Shown in pieces: positions 10,076 to 20,723 of a DNA stretch of 64,000 bases. The notes below the pieces were generated by a model. That model ran no database searches. It had not been told where the DNA came from and saw nothing but the letters and a program-made list of their open reading frames with translations. The stretch comes from an uncultured Clostridia bacterium (GTDB lineage: Bacteria > Bacillota > Clostridia > TANB77 > CAG-465), in NCBI GenBank assembly GCA_947584535.1, contig CANPWO010000001.1, positions 19,816 through 83,815 on the forward strand, written 5' to 3'. Every line of letters starts with the position of its first letter. Positions within the stretch are counted from its first letter, which is position 1. The position numbers and the translations under genes were made by a program.

Positions 10076-11545
10076 TTACCCCTTTCTGTTACTATATAAA
10101 CTTCTTGTATATTGAAAATCTCTCTCATCAGTTGTATTTCTTTTTACATTTAATTTTTCTTCTACTTCTTTTACTCTTTTTTTTCTATTATCTCTTTCTG
10201 CCTCAATTTTTGCTACTTCATTCTCATCATTTGTAGCATTAAGTCTTGGATCATTTAAAATATTATCCCTTTTCTCCTCTTGTTCCTCTTGTAGTTTATC
10301 TGGCGTTTTTGAAGGTTCTTTTTCTGTTTTTGATGTCTCTATATCTTCGTATTTTATATCAGCCATAGCTTCAAGTGATTGCAATAATTCCTCAGCTTTA
10401 ATATAATTTCCTCTTTCTTCTGCTTCATAATATTGCTCAAGAATAACATCGGCATTTCTATCTATCGATGCATCTGCCTCATATGTTTGCTCATTACTTT
10501 CTTTTACATCTTGAACTAGTTTAACATCATTTTCTTTTTCAAGTGTATTAACTCTTTCACCAAGCTGTACATTGTGTTTTATTTCATAAGTATCTCCTAC
10601 TTCTTTACTTCTAAATCTTTCATCAGCTGCTCTTTCTTCTATACTTTTTTGTAATTCAATAGGATTAGGATAAATATTATGTATTTTTGCAGATATTTCT
10701 TTATATTCTTTTTGCAAAATATCCATTTGTGACATAAATTTTTCTGAAGACATAGTACTCGATCTTGTACTTAAATACGCAATATCTTCTGCTACATTTT
10801 CTCTTTTTACATATAGTTCATTTACTCTATCAAGTGACTCGTCATTCTTTTTAAGTATTGCGCGTTCATTTTTTCCTGATCTATATGCAAGTCCTTCCTC
10901 AAATTTCTTTATATCTTCATCATCACGTATAACTGATGTTTTAGCAATCCCCCTATAGCTTTTATCTATATTTTTTAAATACTTTTCATAGAGCACAAGT
11001 TTTGTTCCATTTTTATCTCCAACACTAATGTCACCAGTTGCAAGTTGATTATTTGGACCTTGTTCTTGTATCCCAAGTTTAAGGTTATAATAATCTTCAA
11101 GAACAGTCTTATACATTGCTTTATATACAACTGCTCTTAAATTTTCTTCACTTGACTCTCTTGCACCATTTTCTTGTTCTTTATCAACCTCTTTTTCTAT
11201 TTCATCCTTAGTTGCACTATCTACACCAATACCTGCACCTGATACCTCGCCTACAGCTTTAGATATTTCTCTTTGTTCTTGTTTCTTAATATCATCTATA
11301 TCTTTACCATCTATATCAGCTCTAATTCTTTCCATGGTTGTTGGCTCAAGATAGGCTCTTAGCTCCTTTTGAATATCTATACCATATTTTTTGCTATATG
11401 AAGCAAGTATCTCTTGCATAGCTGTATCTTCATATATATCTTTTACATTTTTTTGTAAATCATTTGATCTTGGTTTACCTGCCTCATCATATGCTTCTTT
11501 TACTAATTCTTGTAATTTATCTTTATTTTCTTCATATCTACTCAT
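10076..11545 (-). CDS. hypothetical Glu/Lys-rich, probably coiled-coil protein
   Basis: Long ORF. I place the start at the ATG at 11545 (MSRYEENK) because GGAGG lies 8 nt upstream. No catalytic motif recognised. Confidence 0.55.
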   Translation of the reverse strand: MSRYEENKDKLQELVKEAYDEAGKPRSNDLQKNVKDIYEDTAMQEILASYSKKYGIDIQKELRAYLEPTTMERIRADIDGKDIDDIKKQEQREISKAVGEVSGAGIGVDSATKDEIEKEVDKEQENGARESSEENLRAVVYKAMYKTVLEDYYNLKLGIQEQGPNNQLATGDISVGDKNGTKLVLYEKYLKNIDKSYRGIAKTSVIRDDEDIKKFEEGLAYRSGKNERAILKKNDESLDRVNELYVKRENVAEDIAYLSTRSSTMSSEKFMSQMDILQKEYKEISAKIHNIYPNPIELQKSIEERAADERFRSKEVGDTYEIKHNVQLGERVNTLEKENDVKLVQDVKESNEQTYEADASIDRNADVILEQYYEAEERGNYIKAEELLQSLEAMADIKYEDIETSKTEKEPSKTPDKLQEEQEEKRDNILNDPRLNATNDENEVAKIEAERDNRKKRVKEVEEKLNVKRNTTDERDFQYTRSLYSNRKG

Positions 11546-11605
11546 AAAACTTACCTCCCTCAAAAATAATTTTACTACAAATATTTTATTTATTCAACTA
11601 GAAAA

Positions 11606-12373
11606 TCAAATATTTATTTCAAGTCCAACTGGGCAATGATCGCTACCATAAATCTCACTATATATTCTTGCTTCTTCAATTCTCTCTTTTATTCTATCTG
11701 ATACAATGACATAGTCTATACGCCAGCCAGCATTATTTTTTCTTGCATTAAACATATATGACCACCAAGAATACATATCTTTTTTATCTTCATATAAATA
11801 TCTAAAAGTATCAACAAAACCATTACTTAGAAGTTTTGTTATTTTTTCTCTTTCCTCATCTGTAAAGCCTGCATTTTTATGATTTGAAGCAGGATTTTTT
11901 AAATCTATTTCTTTATGTGCTACATTTAAATCTCCACAGTATATAACTGGCTTTTTTGCATCAAGTTTTTTTAGATACCTTAGTATTTCATCTTCCCATT
12001 TCATTCTGTAATCTAGTCGTTCAAGTTGTCTTTTAGAATTTGGTGTATAACAATTTACAAGATAAAATTTCTCAAATTCTAATGTTATTACTCTACCTTC
12101 TTCATCATGTTCTTTTATACCTATACCGTAAGTAACATTTAGTGGCTTTTCTTTACTAAATACTGCTGTTCCCGAATATCCTTTTTTTACAGCGCTGTTA
12201 AAATATACATTATACTTTTTAAACTCACTAAGCATAATCATATCAATTTGATCTTCTTGCATTTTTGTCTCTTGAATACAAAATATATCTGCATTAAGTT
12301 CTTTAAATATATCGTTAAATCCCTTACTAAGCACTGATCTAAACCCATTTACATTCCATGATATAACCTTCAT
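11606..12373 (-). CDS. xth: exodeoxyribonuclease III (AP endonuclease)
   Basis: 255 aa. MKVISWNVNG, FCIQETK, GDLNVAH and SDHCPV are ExoIII/EEP motifs. Confidence 0.9.
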   Translation of the reverse strand: MKVISWNVNGFRSVLSKGFNDIFKELNADIFCIQETKMQEDQIDMIMLSEFKKYNVYFNSAVKKGYSGTAVFSKEKPLNVTYGIGIKEHDEEGRVITLEFEKFYLVNCYTPNSKRQLERLDYRMKWEDEILRYLKKLDAKKPVIYCGDLNVAHKEIDLKNPASNHKNAGFTDEEREKITKLLSNGFVDTFRYLYEDKKDMYSWWSYMFNARKNNAGWRIDYVIVSDRIKERIEEARIYSEIYGSDHCPVGLEINI

Positions 12374-12386
12374 ATTTTTTCTCCTT

Positions 12387-13019
12387 TTATTTAATAAATT
12401 TCTTGCAAAAACTTGGCCTATGAATATCTGTTAGTCCATATTTTTGTATTGCTTCTATATGTACTTTTGTACCATAACCTTTATGTTTGGCAAAGCCATA
12501 TTCAGGATATTTTTTATCATATTCAATTAACATTCTATCCCTTGTAACTTTAGCAATTATAGAAGCAGCAGCAATAGATTCAGACTTTGCATCACCTGAT
12601 ATAACAGTTTCAAAATTTATATCTATATCTATTCCTTGGTTTCCATCTATTAATACATAGTCTGGCTTAACTTTTAAATTACTTATTGCCTCTTTCATAG
12701 CAAGTTTTGTTGCATTTAATATATTAACTTCTTCTATTATATCTACATCTGATATGCCTACTCCAACTGCTATAGCCTTTTCTTTTATAACATCAAAAAG
12801 CTGTTCTCTTTTTTTCTCAGAGAGTTTCTTTGAGTCATTTACTCCTTCTATCTTTTCGTTTTTTGAAAGTATTACTGCTGCTGCAACTACTGGTCCACAA
12901 AGTGGTCCTCTACCTGCCTCGTCAACTCCACAAATATTACTATACCCTTTATTATATAATCTATTTTCTATTTCTAACATATTTGTTAGGCGTTGTTCTT
13001 CTTTTTCTTTCAACTTCAA
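12387..13019 (-). CDS. rnhB: ribonuclease HII
   Basis: 210 aa. GVDEAGRGPLCGPVVAAAV, DSKKLS and ASIIAKVTRD motifs. Confidence 0.9.
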   Translation of the reverse strand: MKLKEKEEQRLTNMLEIENRLYNKGYSNICGVDEAGRGPLCGPVVAAAVILSKNEKIEGVNDSKKLSEKKREQLFDVIKEKAIAVGVGISDVDIIEEVNILNATKLAMKEAISNLKVKPDYVLIDGNQGIDIDINFETVISGDAKSESIAAASIIAKVTRDRMLIEYDKKYPEYGFAKHKGYGTKVHIEAIQKYGLTDIHRPSFCKKFIK

Positions 13020-13092
13020 TCACCAATTAGTATTATACACAAAAAAGATTATAAAAGCAAATATGAGAAAAAATAGAATTATATTATTCATT

Positions 13093-13980
13093 CTATTTTT
13101 TCCCATAATCAATTTCATGCTTTTTTTCTTTTAATCTTGTAATAATTGAATAATCACTTACACATAAATTTCTATCTATTCCAAGTCCTATTTCTACACC
13201 ATCCCTATTTTTATGATAGTCACTTCCTGCTGTACCAATTAAGTTATATTTTTCACATATCTCATTATATATTTCTAATTCTTCTTTCTTCATTCTTGGA
13301 TTATGTATTTCTATACCAGCAAGTCCAACCTTAATTAATGGTTTAATAAACTTAATGAAATCAGTATAATTTAACTTCAAACTTTTGGGATGTGCAATTA
13401 CAGGAACTCCACCACATTTTACAATTTTTGTGATATGTTCAGATGGAGACATTTTCCGTCTTTCAATATATGCCATTTGTCCATAATCTAAATATTTTGC
13501 ATACGCATCTTCTGGTGTATATGCAAGACCATTCTTTGCCATATATTTTGCAATATCATATCTTCCAAAACTTTTTCCTTTAGCAAATCTTTTAACTTTT
13601 CCGTAAGTTATATCTATTCCTTGTTTTTTTAAAGCATTTATTATCCGTTCATTAGTCTTTTTTCTGTCTTCTTCATATTCAGCAAGTATTGAATATATCT
13701 TATTTGATACAAAATATGCAAGTATATGACAAATATGGTTTTTTGATAGTCCTACATCTTTTAAACTTGTTCCAATTTCAATACCGGGTATTAATTCTAT
13801 ACCTTTATACTTTTCATCACTATTAATTATACTCTTAGCTAAACGATAAGAAGAAATATTGTAATGTTCTGTAAGTGATAGTACCCCAACGTTATTTTCT
13901 ACTGCTTTATCAAGTATTTCTTTTACTTCTAGTTTTCCATCAGAATATTTGCTGTGTACATGTAAATCTATATATTTCAT
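13093..13980 (-). CDS. PHP-domain metal-dependent phosphoesterase
   Basis: 295 aa. N-terminal IDLHVHSKYSDG and later AHP / SDYH histidine motifs. Confidence 0.8.
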   Translation of the reverse strand: MKYIDLHVHSKYSDGKLEVKEILDKAVENNVGVLSLTEHYNISSYRLAKSIINSDEKYKGIELIPGIEIGTSLKDVGLSKNHICHILAYFVSNKIYSILAEYEEDRKKTNERIINALKKQGIDITYGKVKRFAKGKSFGRYDIAKYMAKNGLAYTPEDAYAKYLDYGQMAYIERRKMSPSEHITKIVKCGGVPVIAHPKSLKLNYTDFIKFIKPLIKVGLAGIEIHNPRMKKEELEIYNEICEKYNLIGTAGSDYHKNRDGVEIGLGIDRNLCVSDYSIITRLKEKKHEIDYGKK

Positions 13981-14085
13981 AAATATCCCTCCAATTATGA
14001 ATGAACTATGTTACTAATTTATAAACATTATATCATTATACATAAATATAATCTAGTAAATTTAAAAAATTTTACTAGATTATTT

Positions 14086-14928
14086 CTATATATCTATACA
14101 TTCTTTATATAACTTATTCTTGCTTATATTATTTTCTTTTGCAACTTTCTTTATTGCATCTTTTTTATCCATTCCTTGTTTAATATATATACCAACTAAC
14201 TCTTTTAAATCCTGGCCTTCTTTACTTTCTTCTTTTTCAACGCTTTCTTTATTTATCCCTTCAACAATTAGTACTATTTCACCTCTTATTGAGTTTTCTT
14301 CTATATCTTTTATTTTATCAGCAATTGTAGTATGGATATATTCTTCGTGTATTTTTGTTAGTTCTCTTGCTACACAGATATTTCTATTTCCAAAATATTC
14401 ATACATATCTTTTAATGTTGCAAGTATTTTATGTGGTGCTTCATAAAATATCATTGTTCTTTCTTCATATTTCAGTTCTTCTAATCTTTTCTTTCTTTGT
14501 TTTTTATTTACAGAAAGAAATCCTTCAAATGTAAATCTTGTACTATCTAGTCCACTTCCTACAATAGCTGTTGCTAAGGCTGTTACACCTGGTATCACTT
14601 CAATTTCATAATTATTCTCAACTAAATATTTTACTAAATTTTGACCTGGATCAGATATTACAGGCATTCCTGCATCAGATACTAAAGCTAAATTTTTTCC
14701 CATATCTAAAAATTCAATTACTTTTGTTATTTTATCATCTTCATTATGTCTATGATAACTTATTAAATGTTTTTCAATATTTAGATGATTTAATAATTTG
14801 AGTGTTTGTCTTGTATCTTCTGCAAGTATTACATCTACATCTTTTAATGTATCTATAGCTCTTAATGTAATATCTGATAGATTCCCAATAGGTGTACCCA
14901 CTATATATAACTTCCCTTTTTCCTTCAT
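14086..14928 (-). CDS. rsmI: 16S rRNA (cytidine1402-2'-O)-methyltransferase
   Basis: GKLYIVGTPIGNLSDITLRAI and the tetrapyrrole-methylase fold, with a C-terminal helical extension. Start placed at MKEKGK (ATG 14928). Confidence 0.9.
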   Translation of the reverse strand: MKEKGKLYIVGTPIGNLSDITLRAIDTLKDVDVILAEDTRQTLKLLNHLNIEKHLISYHRHNEDDKITKVIEFLDMGKNLALVSDAGMPVISDPGQNLVKYLVENNYEIEVIPGVTALATAIVGSGLDSTRFTFEGFLSVNKKQRKKRLEELKYEERTMIFYEAPHKILATLKDMYEYFGNRNICVARELTKIHEEYIHTTIADKIKDIEENSIRGEIVLIVEGINKESVEKEESKEGQDLKELVGIYIKQGMDKKDAIKKVAKENNISKNKLYKECIDI

Positions 14929-15135
14929 TTTTTTCTCTCCTAAATTACATATATATTTTAACATATTTTACATGTAAAATAAAGTAGAAAAAATGAAAAT
15001 ATTTATTATTATGATAGAAATTATATAATCAGATTATATATTTTATTGATATTTACGCCATAAAATATTATAATAAATTTCGGCTCCAATCTGCTTTTAG
15101 ATTTGAACTAATTGTAAAAAAGTGGTGATTACTTC

Positions 15136-15225
15136 ATGAATATTTTCATAAATATTGCGAATGCAATAGCTCATATAATAAATGCTTTTTGCAATTTATA
15201 TAAAACTATATGCAAACGCAAGTAA
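15136..15225 (+). CDS. 29-aa amphipathic cationic-tailed peptide (MNIFINIANAIAHIINAFCNLYKTICKRK), not in the ORF track
   Basis: ATG at 15136, preceded by the purine-rich AAAGTGGTGA. Stop at 15223-15225, followed 5 nt later by a strong terminator hairpin. Confidence 0.35.
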   Translation: MNIFINIANAIAHIINAFCNLYKTICKRK

Positions 15226-15230
15226 CTTCT

Positions 15231-15262
15231 AGCACGGTTTCCAGACCGTGCTATTATTATTT
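15231..15262 (+). terminator. rho-independent terminator after the 29-aa ORF
   Basis: AGCACGGT-ttccag-ACCGTGCT (15231-15252), followed by ATTATTATTTTT. Confidence 0.55.
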
Positions 15263-15284
15263 TTATTCAATTAATTTGACTTTA

Positions 15285-15319
15285 TTCAAAAAAAGGAGAA
15301 GATAGTTCCAGCTATCTTC
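15285..15319 (-). terminator. rho-independent terminator for the 15480..16220 gene
   Basis: GAAGATAG-ttccag-CTATCTTC (15298-15319). On the minus strand it is followed by TCTCCTTTTTTT. Confidence 0.45.
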
Positions 15320-15479
15320 CCAACTACTTCATTTTATTTTCATAAACCTTTCCGTAACTTCAAAGAAAGGTGGTGTTGAAAAATAAATTCCAATACACCA
15401 TGGTACAATAAAATCATATAAGTTAGTATCTCATTGTAATTTTATTATACAATACTTTTACTAAAAAGTCAAATATTTA

Positions 15480-16220
15480 TTATTGTAATACATTCATTTT
15501 TCTTAATACATAATCTAAATCATAAAATTTTCCGTCTTTATTAAAAGCAATAGTTGTAACCCAACCACCACCATTTGGCGCACCAGCTGATACAGTCTTA
15601 ATGCTTATTATATCATTTACTCCTTCTAATTTACCATATGACTTTATACTATTATTTTTTACAGCTGTTGCTAAAGGCATATATTCAACTGTTCCATCTT
15701 CCATAATGAAAAATATTGTTTCATTTCCAGCAGCTTGACCAAAGCCACCAGCAACAATATCTACTACTTTCTTACTAAAATTAACTTTCCACTCTTTTGT
15801 TCCAGTTTCACTAGAAATATTTGGGAAATACATATTAAAATCTTTCATATCTAAACTTATAGTAACTTCCTTATCATTGGTATAATTACAATTTAAACCA
15901 TAAACAGTTCTATCAAAGCCTATTCTATCACTATATACATGACCATTAGTATTATTTAAGCAATTTGATGCATTTACATTAAATCTTCCATATTTTTCTA
16001 CTACTTTTTCAACAACCTTTTCTTGTGTAGTCACATTATTTTCTACTACTTGTGAATTTTCATTAAGTTCATTATTTTGTGAAGTTAATTCATCTACTTT
16101 TGCTTGCAATTTTTCTGTTTCATTATTTTTTGTAATTGCAAAATATACAGCTAAACATGATGCAATTATTGTAGTTATAACAAATATAGTTATATAAATA
16201 TTTTTTCTTTTGTTTTCCAT
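15480..16220 (-). CDS. membrane-anchored hypothetical protein
   Basis: ORF with the start placed at MENKRKNIYITIF (ATG 16220). One N-terminal TM helix, a coiled-coil segment and a C-terminal globular part. Confidence 0.55.
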   Translation of the reverse strand: MENKRKNIYITIFVITTIIASCLAVYFAITKNNETEKLQAKVDELTSQNNELNENSQVVENNVTTQEKVVEKVVEKYGRFNVNASNCLNNTNGHVYSDRIGFDRTVYGLNCNYTNDKEVTISLDMKDFNMYFPNISSETGTKEWKVNFSKKVVDIVAGGFGQAAGNETIFFIMEDGTVEYMPLATAVKNNSIKSYGKLEGVNDIISIKTVSAGAPNGGGWVTTIAFNKDGKFYDLDYVLRKMNVLQ

Positions 16221-16355
16221 ATTCAATTCCCCTCTCATATAATTATATGTTAACATATATAACAAAATATATCAATATATTGTTATAACTATTTTACTTT
16301 TTAAAATAAAAAAGATTAAGTTATATACAAAATATACTTAACCTTTTTTACTATT

Positions 16356-16493
16356 TTATTCTTCTACCTTTTCAAAGAATTCTTTTCCAACTCCACATAA
16401 TGGACAAGTCCAATCTTCTGGTAATTCATCAAATTTTTTTCCTTCTACTTCTTCATCATATATGTAGCCACATATTGTACATTTATACTTCAT
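16356..16493 (-). CDS. rubredoxin (45 aa), not in the ORF track
   Basis: Reverse translation: [45 protein letters not shown]. It has the two rubredoxin knuckles, CxxCG and CPxCG. Lies 20 nt downstream of the flavodiiron gene. Confidence 0.85.
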   Translation of the reverse strand: MKYKCTICGYIYDEEVEGKKFDELPEDWTCPLCGVGKEFFEKVEE

Positions 16494-16512
16494 TTTTTTC
16501 CCTCCTTTTTTA

Positions 16513-17682
16513 CTATTTATTTAATATTTCATCTACAAGTGCTTCTAAATATGGTATATCATTTTCTTTTAATGTAGATTTAATAGTAACTACATTTTCG
16601 CATACATTAATATCTTTCATCTTTGCTATAGTATCAAACATTGTTTTAGCTGCACTTGGTGCCCAAGTACCATTTTCAATAATCCCTATAGTTCTTTTTT
16701 GAAAATTACGATGTAATAAATGATTTAAAAATACTTCCATTGGAGTAAATACTCCTCCATTATAGCTTGAAGCTGCAAGTATAATTTTGCCATACCTAAA
16801 TGCTTCTTCAACAGCCTCTGCCATATCATAATAAACTAAATCAACAAGTATAACCTTAGGTGCGTTTTTTTCCTCAAGTATTTTAGCAACTTTCTTTGCT
16901 ACTTCTTTAGTATTATTATGAATTGATGCATAAGCTACAACAACTCCTTCACTTTCTACATCATAATTACTCCAAGTATTATATTTATCTAGATAATACT
17001 CTAGATTATCTTTAAGAATTGGTCCATGTAAAGGACAAATTGTTTTTATATCAAGTGTAGCAGCTTTTTTAAGAAGTGCTTGTACTTGCATACCATATTT
17101 TCCAACAATATTAAAATAATATCTACGAGCTTCACAAGTCCAATCCTCATCAGTATCAAGTGTTCCAAACTTACCAAATGCATCTGCTGCAAATAGTACT
17201 TTTTCTTCCTTCTCATAAGCTACCATTACTTCTGGCCAGTGTACCATAGGAGCCATTACAAAAGTAAGTTCATGTTTTCCAATATTTAATGTATCTCCTT
17301 CTTTTACTATAACCTTTCTTTTATCTAAATCATCTATATTAAAAAATTGTTCAATAAACTTAAATGTTGTAGCATTTCCTACTATCTTCATATCAGGGTA
17401 CTTATTAGCAAGTACTTTTACATTAGAGCCATGATCTGGCTCCATATGAAGAACGACCAAATAATCTACGTTTTTACCATCTAACTCGCTTTCTAAATTA
17501 TTTAACCATTGATTAGTAACACTTTCATCTACTGTATCCATTACAACATTTTTCTCGTCTTTTATTAAATAAGAATTATATGACATTCCATTTGGTACAT
17601 CATATTGGTTTTCAAAAAGTCTAATTTCTTTATCATTTGCTCCTATATATCTTATACTCTCACTTATATTTATATCTTCCAC
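16513..17682 (-). CDS. flavodiiron protein (FprA-type O2/NO reductase: metallo-beta-lactamase plus flavodoxin domains)
   Basis: 389 aa. Di-iron motif HMEPDHGS and a C-terminal flavodoxin-like part ([16 protein letters not shown]). Confidence 0.9.
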   Translation of the reverse strand: MEDINISESIRYIGANDKEIRLFENQYDVPNGMSYNSYLIKDEKNVVMDTVDESVTNQWLNNLESELDGKNVDYLVVLHMEPDHGSNVKVLANKYPDMKIVGNATTFKFIEQFFNIDDLDKRKVIVKEGDTLNIGKHELTFVMAPMVHWPEVMVAYEKEEKVLFAADAFGKFGTLDTDEDWTCEARRYYFNIVGKYGMQVQALLKKAATLDIKTICPLHGPILKDNLEYYLDKYNTWSNYDVESEGVVVAYASIHNNTKEVAKKVAKILEEKNAPKVILVDLVYYDMAEAVEEAFRYGKIILAASSYNGGVFTPMEVFLNHLLHRNFQKRTIGIIENGTWAPSAAKTMFDTIAKMKDINVCENVVTIKSTLKENDIPYLEALVDEILNK

Positions 17683-17683
17683 T

Positions 17684-18457
17684 TTATTTTTCCTCCTTAT
17701 ATATACTTAAAAATTCATCTGTATAACTTCCATCTTTGTTATATTCAATTAATGGCTTTTCAACAATAACTTCATTATTTCCATCTTTTACATACTCAAG
17801 CAATACAATACTTGGTTTTAAATTTGCATATGGCTGAACAAACCTAATTCTTTTAGCCTCTAACCTATATCTTCTTGCTACCTCTATTAAATCAACTAAC
17901 CTTTCAGGCTTATGAACTAAATACAATTTACCTTTAGTATTTAGTAACTCACAACTTGATTTAAATACATCTTCTAGATTACACATTACTTCATGTCTTG
18001 CAATATATTTTACATCTTGCATATTTGTAATTCCTGTACCTTTTTTCTTGTATGGCGGATTACATACAATTATATCAGCTGTACCATTTTTGGTATTATC
18101 TATTAGTTTTTGTCTTATTTTTTTTATATCTTTTATATCAGCTTTTACAGGAATAATTATTTCTTTTAATTCATTGTATTTTATGTTTTTTTCAAGTAAA
18201 TCATACATTTCATTTTGAAGTTCTACTGAAAATATCTTATTATATTTCTTTTTTTTCGAAATAATAAGTGATATAACTCCACTACCACTACAAAAATCAA
18301 TAATACTATTATTTGAACTGTTACTTACTACAAAATTTGCAAGAAGTACACTATCTGTGCCAAAGCAAAAATATTCTGTATTTTGTATTACTTTTAGTCC
18401 ATCAAGATTTAAGTCATCTATTCTTTCATTTAAAGTTAATTCTATATCTTTTTCCAT
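17684..18457 (-). CDS. SAM-dependent N6-adenine methyltransferase, tRNA1(Val) m6A37 (TrmN6/YfiC)-like
   Basis: 257 aa. SAM-binding DFCSGSGV and catalytic IVCNPPYKKKG (NPPY) motifs. Confidence 0.75.
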   Translation of the reverse strand: MEKDIELTLNERIDDLNLDGLKVIQNTEYFCFGTDSVLLANFVVSNSSNNSIIDFCSGSGVISLIISKKKKYNKIFSVELQNEMYDLLEKNIKYNELKEIIIPVKADIKDIKKIRQKLIDNTKNGTADIIVCNPPYKKKGTGITNMQDVKYIARHEVMCNLEDVFKSSCELLNTKGKLYLVHKPERLVDLIEVARRYRLEAKRIRFVQPYANLKPSIVLLEYVKDGNNEVIVEKPLIEYNKDGSYTDEFLSIYKEEK

Positions 18458-18555
18458 TTTATCCTCATAAATTTTCCTTTATAATTTTACTATATTTTTA
18501 CTTAAAATGCAATAATAACTAGAACATATTTAACGCAAAAGAGTAGCTTAAATAA

Positions 18556-19731
18556 CTACTCTTTACTTATACCTACATATCCAGTTTCTTCAATTATCTC
18601 TTGTCCTTCATCTGATAATATCCAATCTATTAATTTTTTAACATTTTCATTATCATTTCCTTTATATGTTACAGCATATAAATCTGTTGTAATTTTGTAC
18701 TTACCACTTGCTATATTTTCTTTTGTTGGAGCAACACCATCTATCTCTAACATCTTAATATTTGGATTTTTTATTATTCCTTCTAAATAATATCTAAATG
18801 AAAAACCTATTGAATTTTTATAGTTTTTGTAATCTGCAACTTGATCTATTATTCCTGCCATAAAATCATTTACTTGCTCTTTTGGTGCATCCATAAGTTT
18901 TGTATCACCCATAAATCTTTTTAACATGCTTTGACTACCACTACCTTCATTTCTTTGAAAAGCAAGTATCTCTTTATTTTCTCCACCTACTTCCTTCCAG
19001 TTAGTTATTTTTCCAGAATATATATCTTTTATTTGTGATGTTGTAAGTCCATCTACTTTATTATCTTTATTTACAAAAAATACAAATGCTTCTCTACCTA
19101 TCTTTGTATATTCAAATTCTGTTCCAACTGATTTTGCATACTCTATTTGTTCTACTGAAGGATATGCTCCAAAAAATATATCTATATTCTGAGTTGCAAG
19201 ACTTATATAACCATTTACTGTATTAGTATATAAAAATGGGGTTAAGTTAAGTTTTACAGTACTTGGATAAACAGCATTTACAAAAGCAGAGTATACAGGA
19301 AAAACAGCCGCAGCTCCATCAAGTATTGGCATATCATCTGATGCATTAAATTTAAGAGAAGCCTCTTTATTTAACTTATATATTTTTGTATCTTCTACAA
19401 AAGGTAAATACTGACTTGTATCAATATTAATATCTGTTTTTATTTTTAATCCTCTATCATAATTTACACAAAAAATATTTATTCCAATAGCAAGAATAAC
19501 CAAAAATGTATAAATGCTAGAAAAAATATATAATTTTTTTCTATATTTGGGAATTAATACTGGTATAAGCATAAATGGCACAATAAACATTGCAAAAATT
19601 GCCACTACCAAATTTAAACTTGTAAAAGATGCAATAAAATACAAAATAGCTGCACATATAAATGTACATATTGCAATCATTATACTTATAACTACTTTAG
19701 ATATAATATTTGTTCCTTTTTTATTATCCAT
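18556..19731 (-). CDS. membrane-anchored PstS-like (PBP superfamily) substrate-binding protein
   Basis: 391 aa. Three N-terminal TM helices, then a periplasmic-binding-protein-like domain (QRNEGSGSQSML). Confidence 0.65.
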   Translation of the reverse strand: MDNKKGTNIISKVVISIMIAICTFICAAILYFIASFTSLNLVVAIFAMFIVPFMLIPVLIPKYRKKLYIFSSIYTFLVILAIGINIFCVNYDRGLKIKTDINIDTSQYLPFVEDTKIYKLNKEASLKFNASDDMPILDGAAAVFPVYSAFVNAVYPSTVKLNLTPFLYTNTVNGYISLATQNIDIFFGAYPSVEQIEYAKSVGTEFEYTKIGREAFVFFVNKDNKVDGLTTSQIKDIYSGKITNWKEVGGENKEILAFQRNEGSGSQSMLKRFMGDTKLMDAPKEQVNDFMAGIIDQVADYKNYKNSIGFSFRYYLEGIIKNPNIKMLEIDGVAPTKENIASGKYKITTDLYAVTYKGNDNENVKKLIDWILSDEGQEIIEETGYVGISKE

Positions 19732-19887
19732 AATTTATCACCTATTTTAACTTTATTATATATATAATGTAGAAATATGTCAATAAATTATAATTATATA
19801 ACATCAAACTTGCTATTTTATGTAAAATGTGTTATAATATAATTGTAACATATTCAAATATTTTTCTTTTAATGGGAGGAAATAAAA

Positions 19888-20220
19888 ATGATTAAAACAA
19901 GACTTGACGGAACTGAAAAAGATGCATTTGAAAAGGCTGATAAACTGGCTGGGAAAAATAACGTTGCAAAAAAGATACTTTACGCAATTATAAGGCAAAA
20001 TTTGCTTGATGAGTCTTTTTTTGATATACTTGACAAATTAGGTATATATGACAATCGTATAACATCATTATATAGATGTTGTAAAGGTTGTCAAATACTC
20101 GATTTTGCCGTTACAGTGTATGAACTTGATGAAGGAAATGTTTCCCGGGACGACATCAATGCAATAAAAACTCAGGCTGAGTTTAAGGCACTTAAAGAAA
20201 AATATGAAAGCAAAATATAA
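19888..20220 (+). CDS. hypothetical protein (110 aa)
   Basis: ORF preceded by the GGGAGG RBS; no motif recognised. Confidence 0.5.
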   Translation: MIKTRLDGTEKDAFEKADKLAGKNNVAKKILYAIIRQNLLDESFFDILDKLGIYDNRITSLYRCCKGCQILDFAVTVYELDEGNVSRDDINAIKTQAEFKALKEKYESKI

Positions 20221-20276
20221 AGCAAAATAAAATGAAAAAAGAGTGATTTTACAAATGTAATTTCACTCTTTTCTTA

Positions 20277-20723
20277 TCATAACAATTTATTTATTTCTCT
20301 TTTAAATTCATTTATATCTTTAAATTGTCTATAAACTGATGCAAACCTAACATAAGCTATTTCATCTAAATTTCTTAATTTTTCTATTACCATTTCACCT
20401 ATTTTTTGTGCATCAATTTCTTTACTTACAGTACTTGTAAGTTCAAACTCTATTTCATTTACTGCTTTTTCTATTTCCTCTCTTGAAATAGGTCTTTTCT
20501 CACAAGCTCTAAGCATACCATTTATGATTTTATCTCTGTTAAATTCTTGTCTTGCACCATTTTTTTTAATTACCATAATAGGAGTATATTCTATTTTTTC
20601 ATAAGTTGTAAAACGATGTTTACAATTTAGACATTCTCTCCTTCTTCTTATAGCATTTGTTTCTGGTACATTTCTTGAATCAACTACTTTGCTTTCTTCA
20701 AAGCCACATTTTAAACATTGCAT
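20277..20723 (-). CDS. nrdR: transcriptional repressor NrdR
   Basis: 148 aa. N-terminal zinc ribbon CLKCG...CLNCKHRFTTYE and an ATP-cone. Overlaps the nrdG stop by 13 nt. Confidence 0.95.
   Translation of the reverse strand: MQCLKCGFEESKVVDSRNVPETNAIRRRRECLNCKHRFTTYEKIEYTPIMVIKKNGARQEFNRDKIINGMLRACEKRPISREEIEKAVNEIEFELTSTVSKEIDAQKIGEMVIEKLRNLDEIAYVRFASVYRQFKDINEFKREINKLL

Noticed and set aside
12754-13134. Plus-strand ORFs overlapping rnhB, and similar short antisense ORFs throughout the track (for example 9132..9425, 14120..14446, 27471..27947, 59368..60018).
   Set aside because: Each lies wholly within a strongly supported minus-strand gene and gives a low-complexity Ser/Phe/Leu/Ile-rich translation, so they are antisense artefacts.
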